A stretch of 64,000 nucleotides of DNA from an uncultured Chloroflexia bacterium (GTDB lineage: Bacteria; Chloroflexota; Limnocylindria; Limnocylindrales; CSP1-4): contig CAVPPB010000002.1 of the NCBI GenBank assembly GCA_963707215.1, forward strand, positions 224,001-288,000. The letters run 5' to 3'. Made by a program: the position numbers and the translations under genes. The notes beneath the pieces were generated by a model. That model was not told the origin of the DNA and did no database searches. It was given only the letters and a program-made list of their open reading frames with translations. Of this stretch, positions 27,453 through 42,904 are shown piece by piece (position 1 is the first letter of the stretch; each line of letters begins with the position of its first letter).

Positions 27453-29333
27453 GGCCGGCACCTGGGACGGCGCGAGGACCTCGACCCGGACCGCCGTCGG
27501 CTCCGGTGCTCCGAGGATCGTCAGCGACCCGTAGAGGGGGCTCACGACGTCCAGCACCAACAGGTAGGCGCCAGGCTCGCTCGGGGCGGTGACCGCCAGC
27601 TCGGCGTTCGTCGTCTCGCCCGGCGAGGCGCTGATGTCGACGACGACGTCGGGCATCGGGCCGCTCCCGAGAGTCTCGGTGTCGACCTCGAGCGAGACCC
27701 AGTGGCCGACGAGCCGGGCACCCCAGGTGCCCTCGCTCAGGCGCTCGACGACGGCACCGGGGTCGCCGTCGGGCAGTGGGGCGTACCAGGGGATCTCCCC
27801 CGAGTTGAGGACGGCCACCGGGATGCTGGCGGTCGACCCCGGGACGAGCTCGAGGCGGTCGGGCGCTCCGATCGTCGCCGAGAGGGCCGGGGTGACCCGG
27901 ACGACGAGGCCCGGGATGGCCTCCTGGGTCGCCGCGTCGAAAGCGACGCCGTCGGGATCGTGGAGGGTCACGACGAGGCGGTACAGCCCCGGGTGCTCGG
28001 GAGCGCTGACGGTGGCGGCGAGACCGCTGGCGGTCACACTCGTCGCGGACACCCGGACGACGGCCCCCGGGACCTCCGCGGCGACCAGCGAGACGTCGGG
28101 CGCCTCGGACTCGGCACTCGGCTCCGGGCTCGGTGATGGCTGTGTCGACGCCTCGGGCGCCGGGCTCGGGCTCGGGGAGGGCTCGGCCGACGCCTCGACC
28201 GTCGGGCTCGGGGCCGCGCTGGCGCCGGGCTCGATCGACGGTGACGGCGCGGGGTTCGCCTCGGGCACGGCCCCCGGCGGCAGCTCCTGGTCGGGCTCGC
28301 CGGCGAGCTCGTCCCAGCGGATCCCGAGGCCCAGGCCAGACGATCCGGCCCCCGGATCGGCGAAGTCGAGCGCGAGCGTCACCTCGGACGCCACGGTCGG
28401 GATACCGTCGAGGGTCAGCCCGGTCACGGCCGGTCCGGCCGGGGCACCCGGATCGAGCGCTGGCCCGGCCTGGACGAGGCCGGCCCCGCGACGGACCTCC
28501 TCGGCTCGCAGGGTGGCCTTGGTGACGAGCGATCGCATGAAGCCCGACCTCGGCTCGGTGGGGTCCATCAGAGCCGTGTAGCCCGGGGTCCGGGTGCTCG
28601 GGAAGGCGAGGACGTGCCCGTGCTTCGTGGGGGCGCTCCGCCAGATCGCCTCGATCGTCCCCGAGCCGGTCATCAGGCGGCGGACGTACCAGGCCGGGTC
28701 CGCGTACGCGTCGGCGACGACGGCCGAGGCCCCCGCGGCGAGGAACCCGGCGGCGAAGTTGTCGACCCGGGCCTGGCCGGTCGCCAGGGTGCCCTCGGGG
28801 AGCCCGGGCTCGCTGTTGCCCGAGGCGTAGCAGAGGCGGTGGAGGAGGACGACCGCGTCGGGTGCCAGGTCGACGTCACGTGCGATGCGGGCCTCGCCGA
28901 AGTACTGGTGGGCGGCGTCGTCGACGCCGGCCACCGGGTTGAGCCCGAAGCCGTTCTGGACCTCGGGCCGCAGGACCGTCGTGTACTGGCTCGGGAAGCC
29001 ATTGCCGTGGCCGAGGTAGACGACGACCGAGGCGCCCTGGAGGGCCGCCCGGACGGCCGGCCAGGTGGCGTTCGGGGAGTACAGCGTGGTGACGTCGCCG
29101 GTGTGCCGACGGGCCTCCACCGCGGCCCGCTCGCCGGCGGCGATGAACTTGGCGGTGAGCGAGCCGACCGGCCCCACGATGACGACCACCTTGGGCTCGG
29201 CGGCCCGCGCTCCCGGGGCGGTCAGCGGAGCGGCACCGAGCACCAGCCCGTAGCCCAGGGCGATCGCAAGGAGCGCCTTGAGCTCGAGGCGCAGGATCCT
29301 CCAGGCGATCCCACTGGCCCGCTCGGCGGTCAC
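27441..29333 (-). CDS. Secreted hypothetical protein with a putative clan CD (caspase/gingipain-like) domain and C-terminal Ig-like domains
   Basis: Signal-like segment; KVVVIVGP, YLGHGNG and LLHRLCYASG; P/S/E linker; AP..PG.Y.L repeats. Start uncertain. Confidence 0.65.
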   Translation of the reverse strand: MTAERASGIAWRILRLELKALLAIALGYGLVLGAAPLTAPGARAAEPKVVVIVGPVGSLTAKFIAAGERAAVEARRHTGDVTTLYSPNATWPAVRAALQGASVVVYLGHGNGFPSQYTTVLRPEVQNGFGLNPVAGVDDAAHQYFGEARIARDVDLAPDAVVLLHRLCYASGNSEPGLPEGTLATGQARVDNFAAGFLAAGASAVVADAYADPAWYVRRLMTGSGTIEAIWRSAPTKHGHVLAFPSTRTPGYTALMDPTEPRSGFMRSLVTKATLRAEEVRRGAGLVQAGPALDPGAPAGPAVTGLTLDGIPTVASEVTLALDFADPGAGSSGLGLGIRWDELAGEPDQELPPGAVPEANPAPSPSIEPGASAAPSPTVEASAEPSPSPSPAPEASTQPSPSPEPSAESEAPDVSLVAAEVPGAVVRVSATSVTASGLAATVSAPEHPGLYRLVVTLHDPDGVAFDAATQEAIPGLVVRVTPALSATIGAPDRLELVPGSTASIPVAVLNSGEIPWYAPLPDGDPGAVVERLSEGTWGARLVGHWVSLEVDTETLGSGPMPDVVVDISASPGETTNAELAVTAPSEPGAYLLVLDVVSPLYGSLTILGAPEPTAVRVEVLAPSQVPASLD

Positions 29334-29995
29334 GTCGTCAGGCTCCGTGGGCGTGCGTCCACGTTGCGGCTCCGCTGCGGTGGTAGCTCCACGGCCATGG
29401 TGGACCCGGAGCAGAGCAGGGACACCCCCCCATCTGGTGGGCTCCGGCGCGGGCGTGGCAAGGACGCGGTCATGACGCGGGTCGCTCCGTCCCGGGGTGG
29501 CGGCCGATCCGGCGGCGACGCGTGCCCACGAGATCGCCGGCAAGGCGATGGTGTGGCGATGACCGACGAAGCGCATGGTCCCGATGGTCCCTGACGACAG
29601 TGCCCTGTGGCTTATCTGCGCGTGAACGCATGGCCTCGGCCATCCGGCCACCGTGGACGCATCGGCACTGCCGCACGGCCCGACGAGCCATCGTCGCGCG
29701 GCGCATGGCCGCCCGTCCACGGTCGTTGGTCACGAAACGTCCGTCGGCTGCTGCGCGACGGCACCGGCCCGCCTGATCCAGCTCGAGGCCGCAGCGACCC
29801 GTTTCCTGCCATCCTCCGCGCCCAGGCGCACTACGGTCGATCGGGCTGCCGGTGGGGGTCCGGACGGCTGGTCGAGATGGTCGCCCATGCTCGAGCGAAG
29901 GCGCGGGCGCCGATCGGGGACCGCCTGGTCGACGTGACCGGACGTACTGCGGCTCGTGGCGGAATGTGGCAGGGACGACGCGTACCGACCGCCGG

Positions 29996-30973
29996 TCAGC
30001 GCATCGTGAGGGCCATCACCGCCTTCTGGACGTGGAGCCGGTTCTCGGCCTCGTCGTAGACCACCGAGTGCGGCCCGTCGATGACCCCGTCGGTCACCTC
30101 GATGTTCCGGTCGGCCGGCAGCGGGTGCATGTAGATGGCGTGGCCGGCCGCCATCGCCATCCGCCGCTCGTCGGTGATCCAGTCGGTGTAGCGACCGGCG
30201 ATCTCGGCGCCCTCGGCTTCGTCCCCGGCCCGCAACAGGGCGCCCCAGCTCTTGGCGTAGACGACCTCGGCATGGCGGAAGCCACTCTCGAAGTCGTCGA
30301 GCAGCTCGATGCTGCCGCCGGCGTGGCGGGCGTTCTCACGGGCCTCGTCCACCACATCGGGCATGAGCTCGAACTCGGGCGGGTGGACCAGGCGAACGTC
30401 CATCCCGAAGCGGGTCGCGGCGAGCAGCAGGTCCTGGGGCACGCTGATCGGCTTCTGGTAGCTCTTGGCGTAGGCCCAGCTGATGGTGATCCGGCGGCCC
30501 CGCAGCGGGCCCAGCTTCTCCCGCATCGTCATCAGGTCGGCCAGGATCTGGAACGGGTGGTAGATGTCGCACTGCATGTTGAGGACCGGCACCCGGCTGG
30601 CCTCAGCGACCTCCCGGATATAGCGGTTGCCGATGCCCCAGTCCACGTTCCGGATGGCGATCCCGTCGTTGTAGCGGCCCAGGATCTCGCCGATCTCCTT
30701 GGCCGTGTCGCCGTGCGCGATCTGGGTGCTCTTGCTCTCGATGAACTGGGCGTGGCCGCCCAGCTGGGCCATCCCGGCTTCGAACGAGGCCCGGGTCCGG
30801 GTGCTGGAGTAGAAGAAGAGCATCGCCAGGACCCGGTCCCGCAGGTACGGGTGCGGCTCGCCGAGGGCTCGCTTGCGCTTGAGGTCGAAGGCGACGTCGA
30901 GGGCGGTCTCGATCTCCTCGGTCGTCCAATCCGAGAGGGTGATGAGGTCGCGCCCCCGCAGGTCGGTCTGCAT
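29996..30973 (-). CDS. Ornithine carbamoyltransferase-family enzyme (YgeW-like)
   Basis: STRTR, HPFQILAD and MHPLP; SWAYAKSYQKPISVPQ resembles the YgeW loop. Confidence 0.85.
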   Translation of the reverse strand: MQTDLRGRDLITLSDWTTEEIETALDVAFDLKRKRALGEPHPYLRDRVLAMLFFYSSTRTRASFEAGMAQLGGHAQFIESKSTQIAHGDTAKEIGEILGRYNDGIAIRNVDWGIGNRYIREVAEASRVPVLNMQCDIYHPFQILADLMTMREKLGPLRGRRITISWAYAKSYQKPISVPQDLLLAATRFGMDVRLVHPPEFELMPDVVDEARENARHAGGSIELLDDFESGFRHAEVVYAKSWGALLRAGDEAEGAEIAGRYTDWITDERRMAMAAGHAIYMHPLPADRNIEVTDGVIDGPHSVVYDEAENRLHVQKAVMALTMR

Positions 30974-30983
30974 CTGCGACCTC

Positions 30984-31937
30984 CTACTCGGCGGCGCCGA
31001 GGATGAGGGCCAGGAGCCCCATCTTGAGCGCCACGCCGTTGAAGGCCTCCGCCCAGTAGCGCTGGTGGCGGGTCGCATCGACGTCATCCGGGAGCTCGTC
31101 CATCCGGGGCAGCGAGTGGAGGATCATCGACGACCGCTTCGCCTTGTCGCGGAGCAGCTCGCGGGTGACGACGTACTCCGGCGGGGTGAGCCCCACCTGG
31201 TCGCCGCGCTCGACGCGCGACGAGGTGTAGTCGGCCTGGACGACCGGCTCCATGTAGATGACGTCGGCCTCGCCGATGACGTCGCGGACGTCGCCCGCCT
31301 CCTCGTAGTCCACGTTGAGGGCGTCGATCTCGGCCTTGAACTCGGGCAGGAGGCTCATCTCCGGCGGTCCGACCACGTAGGCCTTGGCGTCGAACTGCGA
31401 CAGCGCGTAGAGGATCGAGTGCATCGTCCGCATCCGCATGTCGCCGACCAGCAGGTAGGTGAGCCCGTCGAGGGTGCCCTTCTCGTGGAGGACCGTGTAC
31501 AGGTCGGTCAGGACCTGGGTCGGATGCTCGCCCCAGCCGTCGCCGCAGTTGAGGATCGGCACGGACGACCACTTCGCCGCCTCGGCCGGTGCGCCCTGCT
31601 GGAAGTGGCGGATGGCGATGACGTCCGCGTAGTACTCCAGCATGTGGAAGGTGTCCTTGATCGACTCCTGGTAGAAGTCGCCCGCCCGGGTCATCTTGGC
31701 GTCCGAGAACCCCAGGACGGCGCCGCCGAGCCGGTGCATCGCGGCCTCGTGGGAGAGCCGCGTCCGGGTCGACGGCTGGTAGAAGGCCGTCAGCAGGGTC
31801 TTGTGCTTGAGCAGGTCCGCGTTCCGACGGTCGCGAGCGTACGGCCGAAGGTCGTCGGCGACCTGGAAGACCCGGAAGAACTCGTCCCGGCTGAAGTCCT
31901 TGAGCGACAGGATGTCGCGGCCGGTGAAGCTTCTCAT
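30984..31937 (-). CDS. Aspartate carbamoyltransferase-like transcarbamylase
   Basis: FYQPSTRTRLS, N.GDG..EHPTQ.LTDL, RT.HS and LHSLPR. Confidence 0.85.
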   Translation of the reverse strand: MRSFTGRDILSLKDFSRDEFFRVFQVADDLRPYARDRRNADLLKHKTLLTAFYQPSTRTRLSHEAAMHRLGGAVLGFSDAKMTRAGDFYQESIKDTFHMLEYYADVIAIRHFQQGAPAEAAKWSSVPILNCGDGWGEHPTQVLTDLYTVLHEKGTLDGLTYLLVGDMRMRTMHSILYALSQFDAKAYVVGPPEMSLLPEFKAEIDALNVDYEEAGDVRDVIGEADVIYMEPVVQADYTSSRVERGDQVGLTPPEYVVTRELLRDKAKRSSMILHSLPRMDELPDDVDATRHQRYWAEAFNGVALKMGLLALILGAAE

Positions 31938-31965
31938 GCCCTCGTCCTCTCCTTCGAGCAGGTGG

Positions 31966-33410
<1,445 letters not shown>

Positions 33411-33414
<4 letters not shown>

Positions 33415-34910
33415 CGGGCCCCCAGGGCGCCCGTCCGGGCGTTGAACTCGTCGATCCGCTGGTCCCAGGAGGCGGGCAGGCTTCGCAGATCCGCCCAGAA
33501 GTCGGGCGAGCGTCGGGCCTCGAACGCCTCCAGCGACACGCCCTGCTGTTCGACCCAGGTGTAGTAGCCCAGGTTGAAGATGCGGTCCCGGTCGGCCCGG
33601 GTGCACTCGAGCATGTGGTCCGTGTCGGCTCCCAGCAGGTGGCGTCCCACGGCCTTGGCCACGGCAGCCTCGTCGACCCCCCGCGGGAAGTCCCGGGCGG
33701 TCAGCCGGTCGACCTCGGTCGCGTAGAGCTCGGCGCCGTCGGTGGCCACCGTGACCAGCAGGTCGTTCGGGCCCAGGCGCTGCTGCTTGGCCGTCTTGAT
33801 GGCCGCCAGGACGTTGCAGATCGACGAGAAGCCAAGCGAGCCGAGCCGGGCGACGAGGTCCCCGTCCACGCCCATGCGCCGTTCGAGGAAGTCACGGCCC
33901 TCCGCCGTGTTGAAGACGACGAAGAGGGCGTCGGTCGCCCGGTCCGAGACGTCGACGACGACGTCGGTCGCCATGACGTCGTGGATCAGCGGGACGTGCT
34001 TGTCGCCGATGCCCTGGATGTTGTGTTCGCCGTAGCCGTTCGCCAGGAGGGTCGGGCACTCGAGCGCCTCGGCCGCTACGGTCAGCGAACCGTGGCGCTC
34101 CTTGAGGTAGTCGCCGGCGCCGATGGTGCCGGCCGATCCGGTCGCCGAGACGAACGCCCGGAGTCGCAGGTCCGGGCACCCCTGCCGCAGTGCCTCGTAC
34201 GTCCGCTCGAGGGCGCGGCCGGTCAGCTCGTAGTGGGCCACGTGATTCCCGAACTCAGCGAACTGGTTGAGGATGACCGTGTCGGGCTCCCGGGCGAGCT
34301 CGGCGCAGCGGTCATAGATCTCCTTGACGTTGCTCTCGGTCCCGGGGGTCCGGATCACGTCGGCCGGGTCGGCGACCCAGTGCTCCAGCCACTCGAAGCG
34401 CTCGCGGCTCATCCCCTCCGGAAGCACCGCCACGCCGCGACTGTCCATGATCCGGGAGATCGCCACCCCGCCCCGGCAGTAGTTCCCGGTCGAGGGCCAG
34501 ACCGCCCGCTGGATCGTCGGGTCGAAGCTGCCGGTGACGATCCGCGGTGCCAGGACGCCGTAGGCCGCGATGACCTTGTGCGAGCGGATCATCGGGAAGC
34601 GGTCGCCGAGCAGCGTGACGATGGGGGCATCGACGCCGGTCAGCTCCGACGGCAGGACGACGTGCTCCGGGACGTCGACCCGGCCGGCCCGCGTCGCGTC
34701 GTTGAACCAGTGGACGCGGAAGAGGTTGAGCGGGTGTGGGGCATCCGGGTCGATGTCTGCCAGGGCCTCGACGATGCCGGCCGGGATGCGCTCCGGCTCG
34801 GCCAGCTGGGCGAAGGTCGGCAGGGCGATGCGGTCGCGCCGGAACCTCTCCACGGCTCGCTCGTAGACCGTCGCGTCGACCAGCTCGCGGTCCAACCCGA
34901 GACCCTGCAT
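33411..34910 (-). CDS. PLP-dependent enzyme, cysteine synthase-like (fold type II)
   Basis: [18 protein letters not shown] and IQGIGDKH. Confidence 0.85.
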
Positions 34911-35099
34911 CGTCCCTCCTCGTCGTGCCCGACGGGCTCGCCGCTGCGTCCGACGGGTACCCGTCGTGGTAGGCCCGATGGGGTCCGACCAGCGGGTCAG
35001 TCGGCACGGTCGCCTCGTCGACCGGCTCTCTACGATTGAGGTCCGCGCGGCCGCCTGCTAGGGCCAGAGGGCCCGGGGACGGCCCGCCCGGAAGGTCCG

Positions 35100-37798
<2,699 letters not shown>

Positions 37799-37802
<4 letters not shown>

Positions 37803-38821
37803 CCGCCGTCACGCCGGGCCTGGTCTGCGCCCATCACCACCTGTACTCGACCCTCGCCCGCGGGATGCCGGCACCGCCCCGCACCCCGACCTCCTTCCAG
37901 GAGATCCTCGAGCTGGTCTGGTGGCGGCTCGACGCCGCGCTCGATCTCGAGATGATCCGTTGGTCGGCGATGCTGGGCGCCCTCGAGGCGCTCGAGACCG
38001 GGACGACGGCGATCGTCGACCATCACGAGTCGCCGAACGCCATCGAGGGCAGCCTCGACGTCATCGCCGAGGCCTGTGCCGAGGTCGGCGTCCGGTCGCT
38101 CCTCGCCTACGGCATCACCGACCGTCACGGGCCCGACGGCGCTCGCCGCGGCCTGTCCGAGAACGAGCGCTTCCTGCGGGCCGGGGGCCGGGGCCTGATC
38201 GGGATCCATGCCGCATTCACCTGCTCGGACGCGTCGCTGGAGGCGGCCGCTGGCTTGGCCCGCGACCTCGGGGTCGGCGTCCACGTCCACGTCTGCGAGG
38301 GACCGGGCGACGTCGATGCGCCGGCCCGGCTGGCTGGCCTGACCCGCAAGGACTGGCTGCTGGCCCATGCCGTCCATCTGCCGACGGACCACGACCTGCA
38401 AGGGACGATCCTCCACAACCCCATGTCGAACCTGAACAACGCCGTCGGCTATGCGGATCCGGCCCGCTTCGCGAACCCGGTCGCGCTCGGGACCGACGGC
38501 ATCGGTGGCAACGTCGTGGAGGCGTTCCGGTTGGCCTACGTCCTCCAGCGTTCGGTCGACGTGACCGCCAGCCCGGAGACCGCCTGGTCGTGGCTGGCGA
38601 ACGGCTGGTACCTCGTCCCGGAGGCCCGCGAGGACGAGGTGACCTGGTCGTACGACCCGATGGACCCGTGGCACGTCGCCTTCACACCGGGGATCCGGCC
38701 GCTCCGGGTCGTCGTCGGCGGCGAGGTCGTCCTGGACGGTGGTCGCCCCACCCGGGTCGACGCGGCCGAGATCCGGGCCAGGGCCCGCGAGCAGGCCGCC
38801 CGCCTGCACGCCCGGCTCTGA
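37799..38821 (+). CDS. ssnA: Amidohydrolase, SsnA-like
   Basis: PGLVCAHHHLYS, WWRLDAAL, GTTAIVDHHESP, HNPMSN.NNAVG and GTDG; lies between xdh and ygfK. Confidence 0.78.
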
Positions 38822-38850
38822 AGGCCGGGACGGGCGCCGGGAGGCCGACG

Positions 38851-41800
38851 ATGTCCGACCGCTTCCATCCGCTGACCTTCGAGCAGCTCGTCGACTGGGC
38901 GGCGGTCGAGCTCGCCGAACGCGGCTCGATCTTCGGCGTCCCCCGGGAGGGCTTCTTCGTCCCCCGTCCCGAGGACCGCTTCCGGGCGCGGATGGCCGGG
39001 GTCGAGCTGGAGACGCCGTTCGGAGTGGCTGCCGGTCCGCACACCCAGATGGCCCAGAACGTCGTCGCCGCCTGGCTCTGCGGCGCCAGGGTCATCGAGC
39101 TCAAGACGGTCCAGACCCTCGACGAGCTCGAGGTCCACAAGCCCTGCATCGACGTGACCGACGAGGGCTACAACGTCGAGTGGAGCCAGGAGCTGCGGGT
39201 CCACGAGTCGTTCGACGAGTACGCGCGGGCCTGGGTCCTGGTGCATGCCCTCCATCGGCTGCTCGGGTTCCCCGGCGAGCGGCCCGGCGTCGTCTTCGAC
39301 ATGAGCGTCGGCTACGACCTTGCCGGCATCCGCCGGCCGAACGTCCAGTGGTACCTGGACGCGATGGCCGATGCCTCCGAGCATCTGCCGGCGTACCTGG
39401 CCGTCGTCGCCCATCGCTGGCCCGCGCTCCGCGACCTCGCGGTGCCGGCCCGGATCTCCTCGACGGTCACCCTCTCGACGATGCACGGCTGCCCGCCCGA
39501 CGAGATCGAGCGGATCGCCGGCTACCTCATGGAGGAGCGCGAGCTGCACACGGCGGTCAAGTGCAACCCGACCCTTCTGGGCGCCGAGCGGGTCCGCGGC
39601 ATCGTCAACGACGAGCTGGGCTACGTGGACGTGCCGATCCCCGACGAGGCCTTCGGCCACGACCTTCGCTACGAGGACGCCCTGCCGATGTTCGAGCGGC
39701 TGGCCGGCGTGGCGGCCGCCCGGGGCCTGCGCTTCGGGCTCAAGCTGTCGAACACGCTCGAGGTCCGCAACTGGCGCGGGGTCTTCGCCCGGGACGAGAC
39801 GATGTACCTATCGGGGCGTGCCCTCCACCCGGTGACCGTCAACCTCGCGGCGACCCTGGCCGACGACCTGGCGGCTGTCGGCGGTGCGGCGGCCGCGATC
39901 CCGCTCTCCTTCGCCGGCGGCGCTGACGCGTTCAACGTCGCCGACTTGCTGGCAGGCGGTCTCGCCACGGTCACGGTCTGCTCGGACCTGCTCAAGACCG
40001 GCGGCTACCTCCGGCTGCGCCAGTACCCGGAGCGGATCGACGCGGCGCTCGACGCTGTCGGGGCGGAGGACACCGCCGACCTCATCCGGGGCACGGCCCG
40101 GGCCCACGGCTTCGCCGAGCATGCCGACCTGGGCGCCTGCGCCCGCTTCAATCTACGCCGCTACGCCGCGACGACCCGTGGCGACGCGCGCTACCGCAAG
40201 GAGACGTTCCGGACGGACCGCTCGAAGACCGTCTCGATCGCTGGGGCTGTTCGACTGCATCCAGGCTCCCTGCCTGGACGAGTGCCCGGTCGACCAGCAG
40301 GTGCCCCGCTACATGCGCGCGGTCCGCGACGGCGACCTGGCCGAGGCGGTCCGGATCACCCGCATCGACAACCCCCTCGCGTCCGTCCTCGGGAGCGTCT
40401 GCGACCACCTGTGCGAGCGGACCTGCGTCCGCACCCACCTCGACGAGCCGCTCGCCATCCGCCACCTCAAGCGCTTCATCATGGAGCACGAGGTGGAAGG
40501 GACCCCGGTAGGGGTCGCACCGCCGAGCGCGGCCTCCCCGGCGACCGCCCGGGTCGCCGTCGTCGGCGCCGGCCCGGCCGGCCTGGCGGCCGCCGAGGCC
40601 CTGGCCCGGGCCGGTGTCTCGGTCACCATCCTGGAAGAGCATCCCTATCCCGGCGGCATGGTCGGTGGCGCGATCCCCGTGTACCGCCTGCCCGGCGCCC
40701 GGGTCGCCCAGGACCTGGCCGTGCTCGAGCGGCTTGGCGTGGAGCTCCGCTACGGTCAGCGGGCCGGCCGCGACGTCACTCTTGATGACCTCCATGACCA
40801 GGGGTTCGCCGCGATCCTCGTCGCCATCGGAGCCCAGCGGGCGAAGACCCTCGGTCTCGACGGCGAGGATGCGACCGGCGTCCTCGACGGGGTGGCGTTC
40901 CTGCGGGCCGTCCGCGAAGGCCGACCGCCGACGATCGGGCCGCGGGTGGCTGTCATCGGCGCGGGTGACACCGCCATGGACTGCGCCCGCTCGGCGCGGC
41001 GCCTCGGTGCATCGGTGACGCTCGTCTACCGGCGCACGATCGACCAGATGCCGGCCGACCGCGAGGAGGTCCACGCACTCGGTGAGGAGGGCATCGAGGT
41101 CCTGCAGCTGGCGCGCCCGACGGGTCTCAGCGTCGAGGACGGGCGGCTCACCGGCCTGGCCTGCATCCGGACCGAGTACCGGGGTGATCGCGACGACGCC
41201 GGTCGGAAGATCCCTCACGATGCCGCCGGCTCGGAGCTGGGGATCGGGCTCGACACCTTGATCGTGGCGGTCAGCCAGGACGCGGTCCTCGACCTCTTCG
41301 GCGACCGCCCGCCCCAGCTGACCGAGGACGGCTTCATCGCCACCGACCCGGAGACCCTGGCGACCTCGATCCCGGGCGTCTTCGCCGCCGGCGACGTGGC
41401 CGCTCACGGCCCGGCCTCCATCGTCCGCGCAGCTGCCGACGGGAAGCGGGCGGCCGCAGCCATCCTGGCCTCGCTCGGCTCCGAGGGCGAGGGCCCGCGA
41501 GACGTCCGGGAGCCCACCACGGTGCCTGGCAGCCCCGGCTCCGCGGAGCTCCACGACCTGGTGCTCCGGCGGGCGCGCCGCGAGTACCGGGTCCCGATCC
41601 GATCCACGCCGCCGGACGAGCGGTCCGGGTTCGCCGAGACGACCCTCGGGTACACGGTCGACGAGGCGACCCGCGAGGCCGGCCGATGCCTCGATTGTGA
41701 CGCGCTCTGCAGTCTCTGCGCCGGGGTCTGCCCGAACATGGCGATCCTCACCTACGAGGTCGCCACCGGTCACCTCGACGTCCCGGTGCTGGCCGTGGCC

Positions 41801-42307
41801 GGGACCGGGCTGGAAGCCGCCGGATCGACCCGGTTCAGTGTCGAGCAGGGCTACCAGGTCGCCGTCCTGACCGACCTCTGCAACGAGTGCGGGAACTGCG
41901 TCACGGCCTGCCCGACCGCCGGCACGCCGTACCGCGACAAGCCTCGCCTCTACCTCGACCGGGCCGATTTCGAGGCCGAGGCGTCGAACGCCTTCCTGCT
42001 GGCCGGCGGCGGCGCGCTCGAGGGCCGCTTCGACGGCGCGACCCATCGGATCGTCGCACGGGACGGTCGCCTGGTCTATCGAGCGCCGGGCCTCGAGGCG
42101 ATGCTCGATGCGGCCTCGCTCACCGTGGTCGAGGTGACCGGGTCCGGACCCGACGACGGCGGACCGCCGTCGCTCGAGCCGGCCGCCGTCATGGCGACGA
42201 TCCTGGACGGGATCTCGCGTTCGCTGCCGCATCTGCCGACCGTGTCGGGCCGTGGCACCCGCGTCCGGCCGGACGGCCGAGGGCCGTCCGCCCCCTCCGA
42301 TGAATGA
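38851..42307 (+). CDS. ygfK: YgfK-type Fe-S flavin oxidoreductase, split by a +1 frameshift near 40231
   Basis: AAGPHTQMAQN, ELKTVQ, STMHGCPP.EIE, KLSNT and YLSGR; then in the next frame FDCIQAPC...CP, GAGPAG, GAGDTAMD, CxxCxxxCPN and CNECGNC. Confidence 0.88.
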
Positions 42308-42376
42308 CCCGCGGCCCTGTCGGCGTATGGTGGGACCTGCCGACACTGCCCGCCTAGGCAGCCGAAGGAGACGGCC

Positions 42377-42778
42377 ATGACCCGCGTCCTCGTCGTCCAC
42401 CATGACATCGACCTTGCCGACCAGGAGGTCGACTCCCTTCGACGCCGTGGCTACGAAGTGACCCAGTGCGCGGGGCCGATCGGCGCCTCGGCCGGCTGCC
42501 CGGTCATGTTCGGCCAGTCGTGCGGGCTGGCCGAGGACGCCGACGTCCTGGTCTACGACGCCTGGGCCAGCGGTGAGCCCGATGGCGCCCAGGCCCTCAT
42601 CGAGGGCCTGCGCGACACGCACCCGGATACGCCGATCGTGCTCCTTGCGACCGGCATGGAGCCGGCCTGGGTCGAGACGGCCGGGGTCCATGGCGTCACC
42701 CCGCTCGTCGGCTCGCCGACCGGCGAGCGCCTTGCGGCGGCCATCGAGGAGGCCCTCGCGAGCCGGTCGAGCGACTGA
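42377..42778 (+). CDS. Atypical receiver (CheY-like) domain protein with a three-Cys insert
   Basis: MTRVLVVHHD, GYEVTQCAGP...CP...C, ADVLVYD and PIVLL. Confidence 0.7.
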   Translation: MTRVLVVHHDIDLADQEVDSLRRRGYEVTQCAGPIGASAGCPVMFGQSCGLAEDADVLVYDAWASGEPDGAQALIEGLRDTHPDTPIVLLATGMEPAWVETAGVHGVTPLVGSPTGERLAAAIEEALASRSSD

Positions 42779-42904
42779 TCGGCGCGCGGGGGGCGTGCAG
42801 CTCGTCGCGGGGCCGCTGACGGTGTGCGCCCACGGTCATCCGGCGCCGCAGCCGACTGCGGCCCGTCGGCCCGATGCCCGGATGCCGTGTAGAGTCCGGG
42901 TCCG

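Noticed and set aside
29334-29995. Long intergenic region as a possible riboswitch or ncRNA
   Set aside because: No recognisable conserved motif by eye; an Rfam/Infernal search would be needed.
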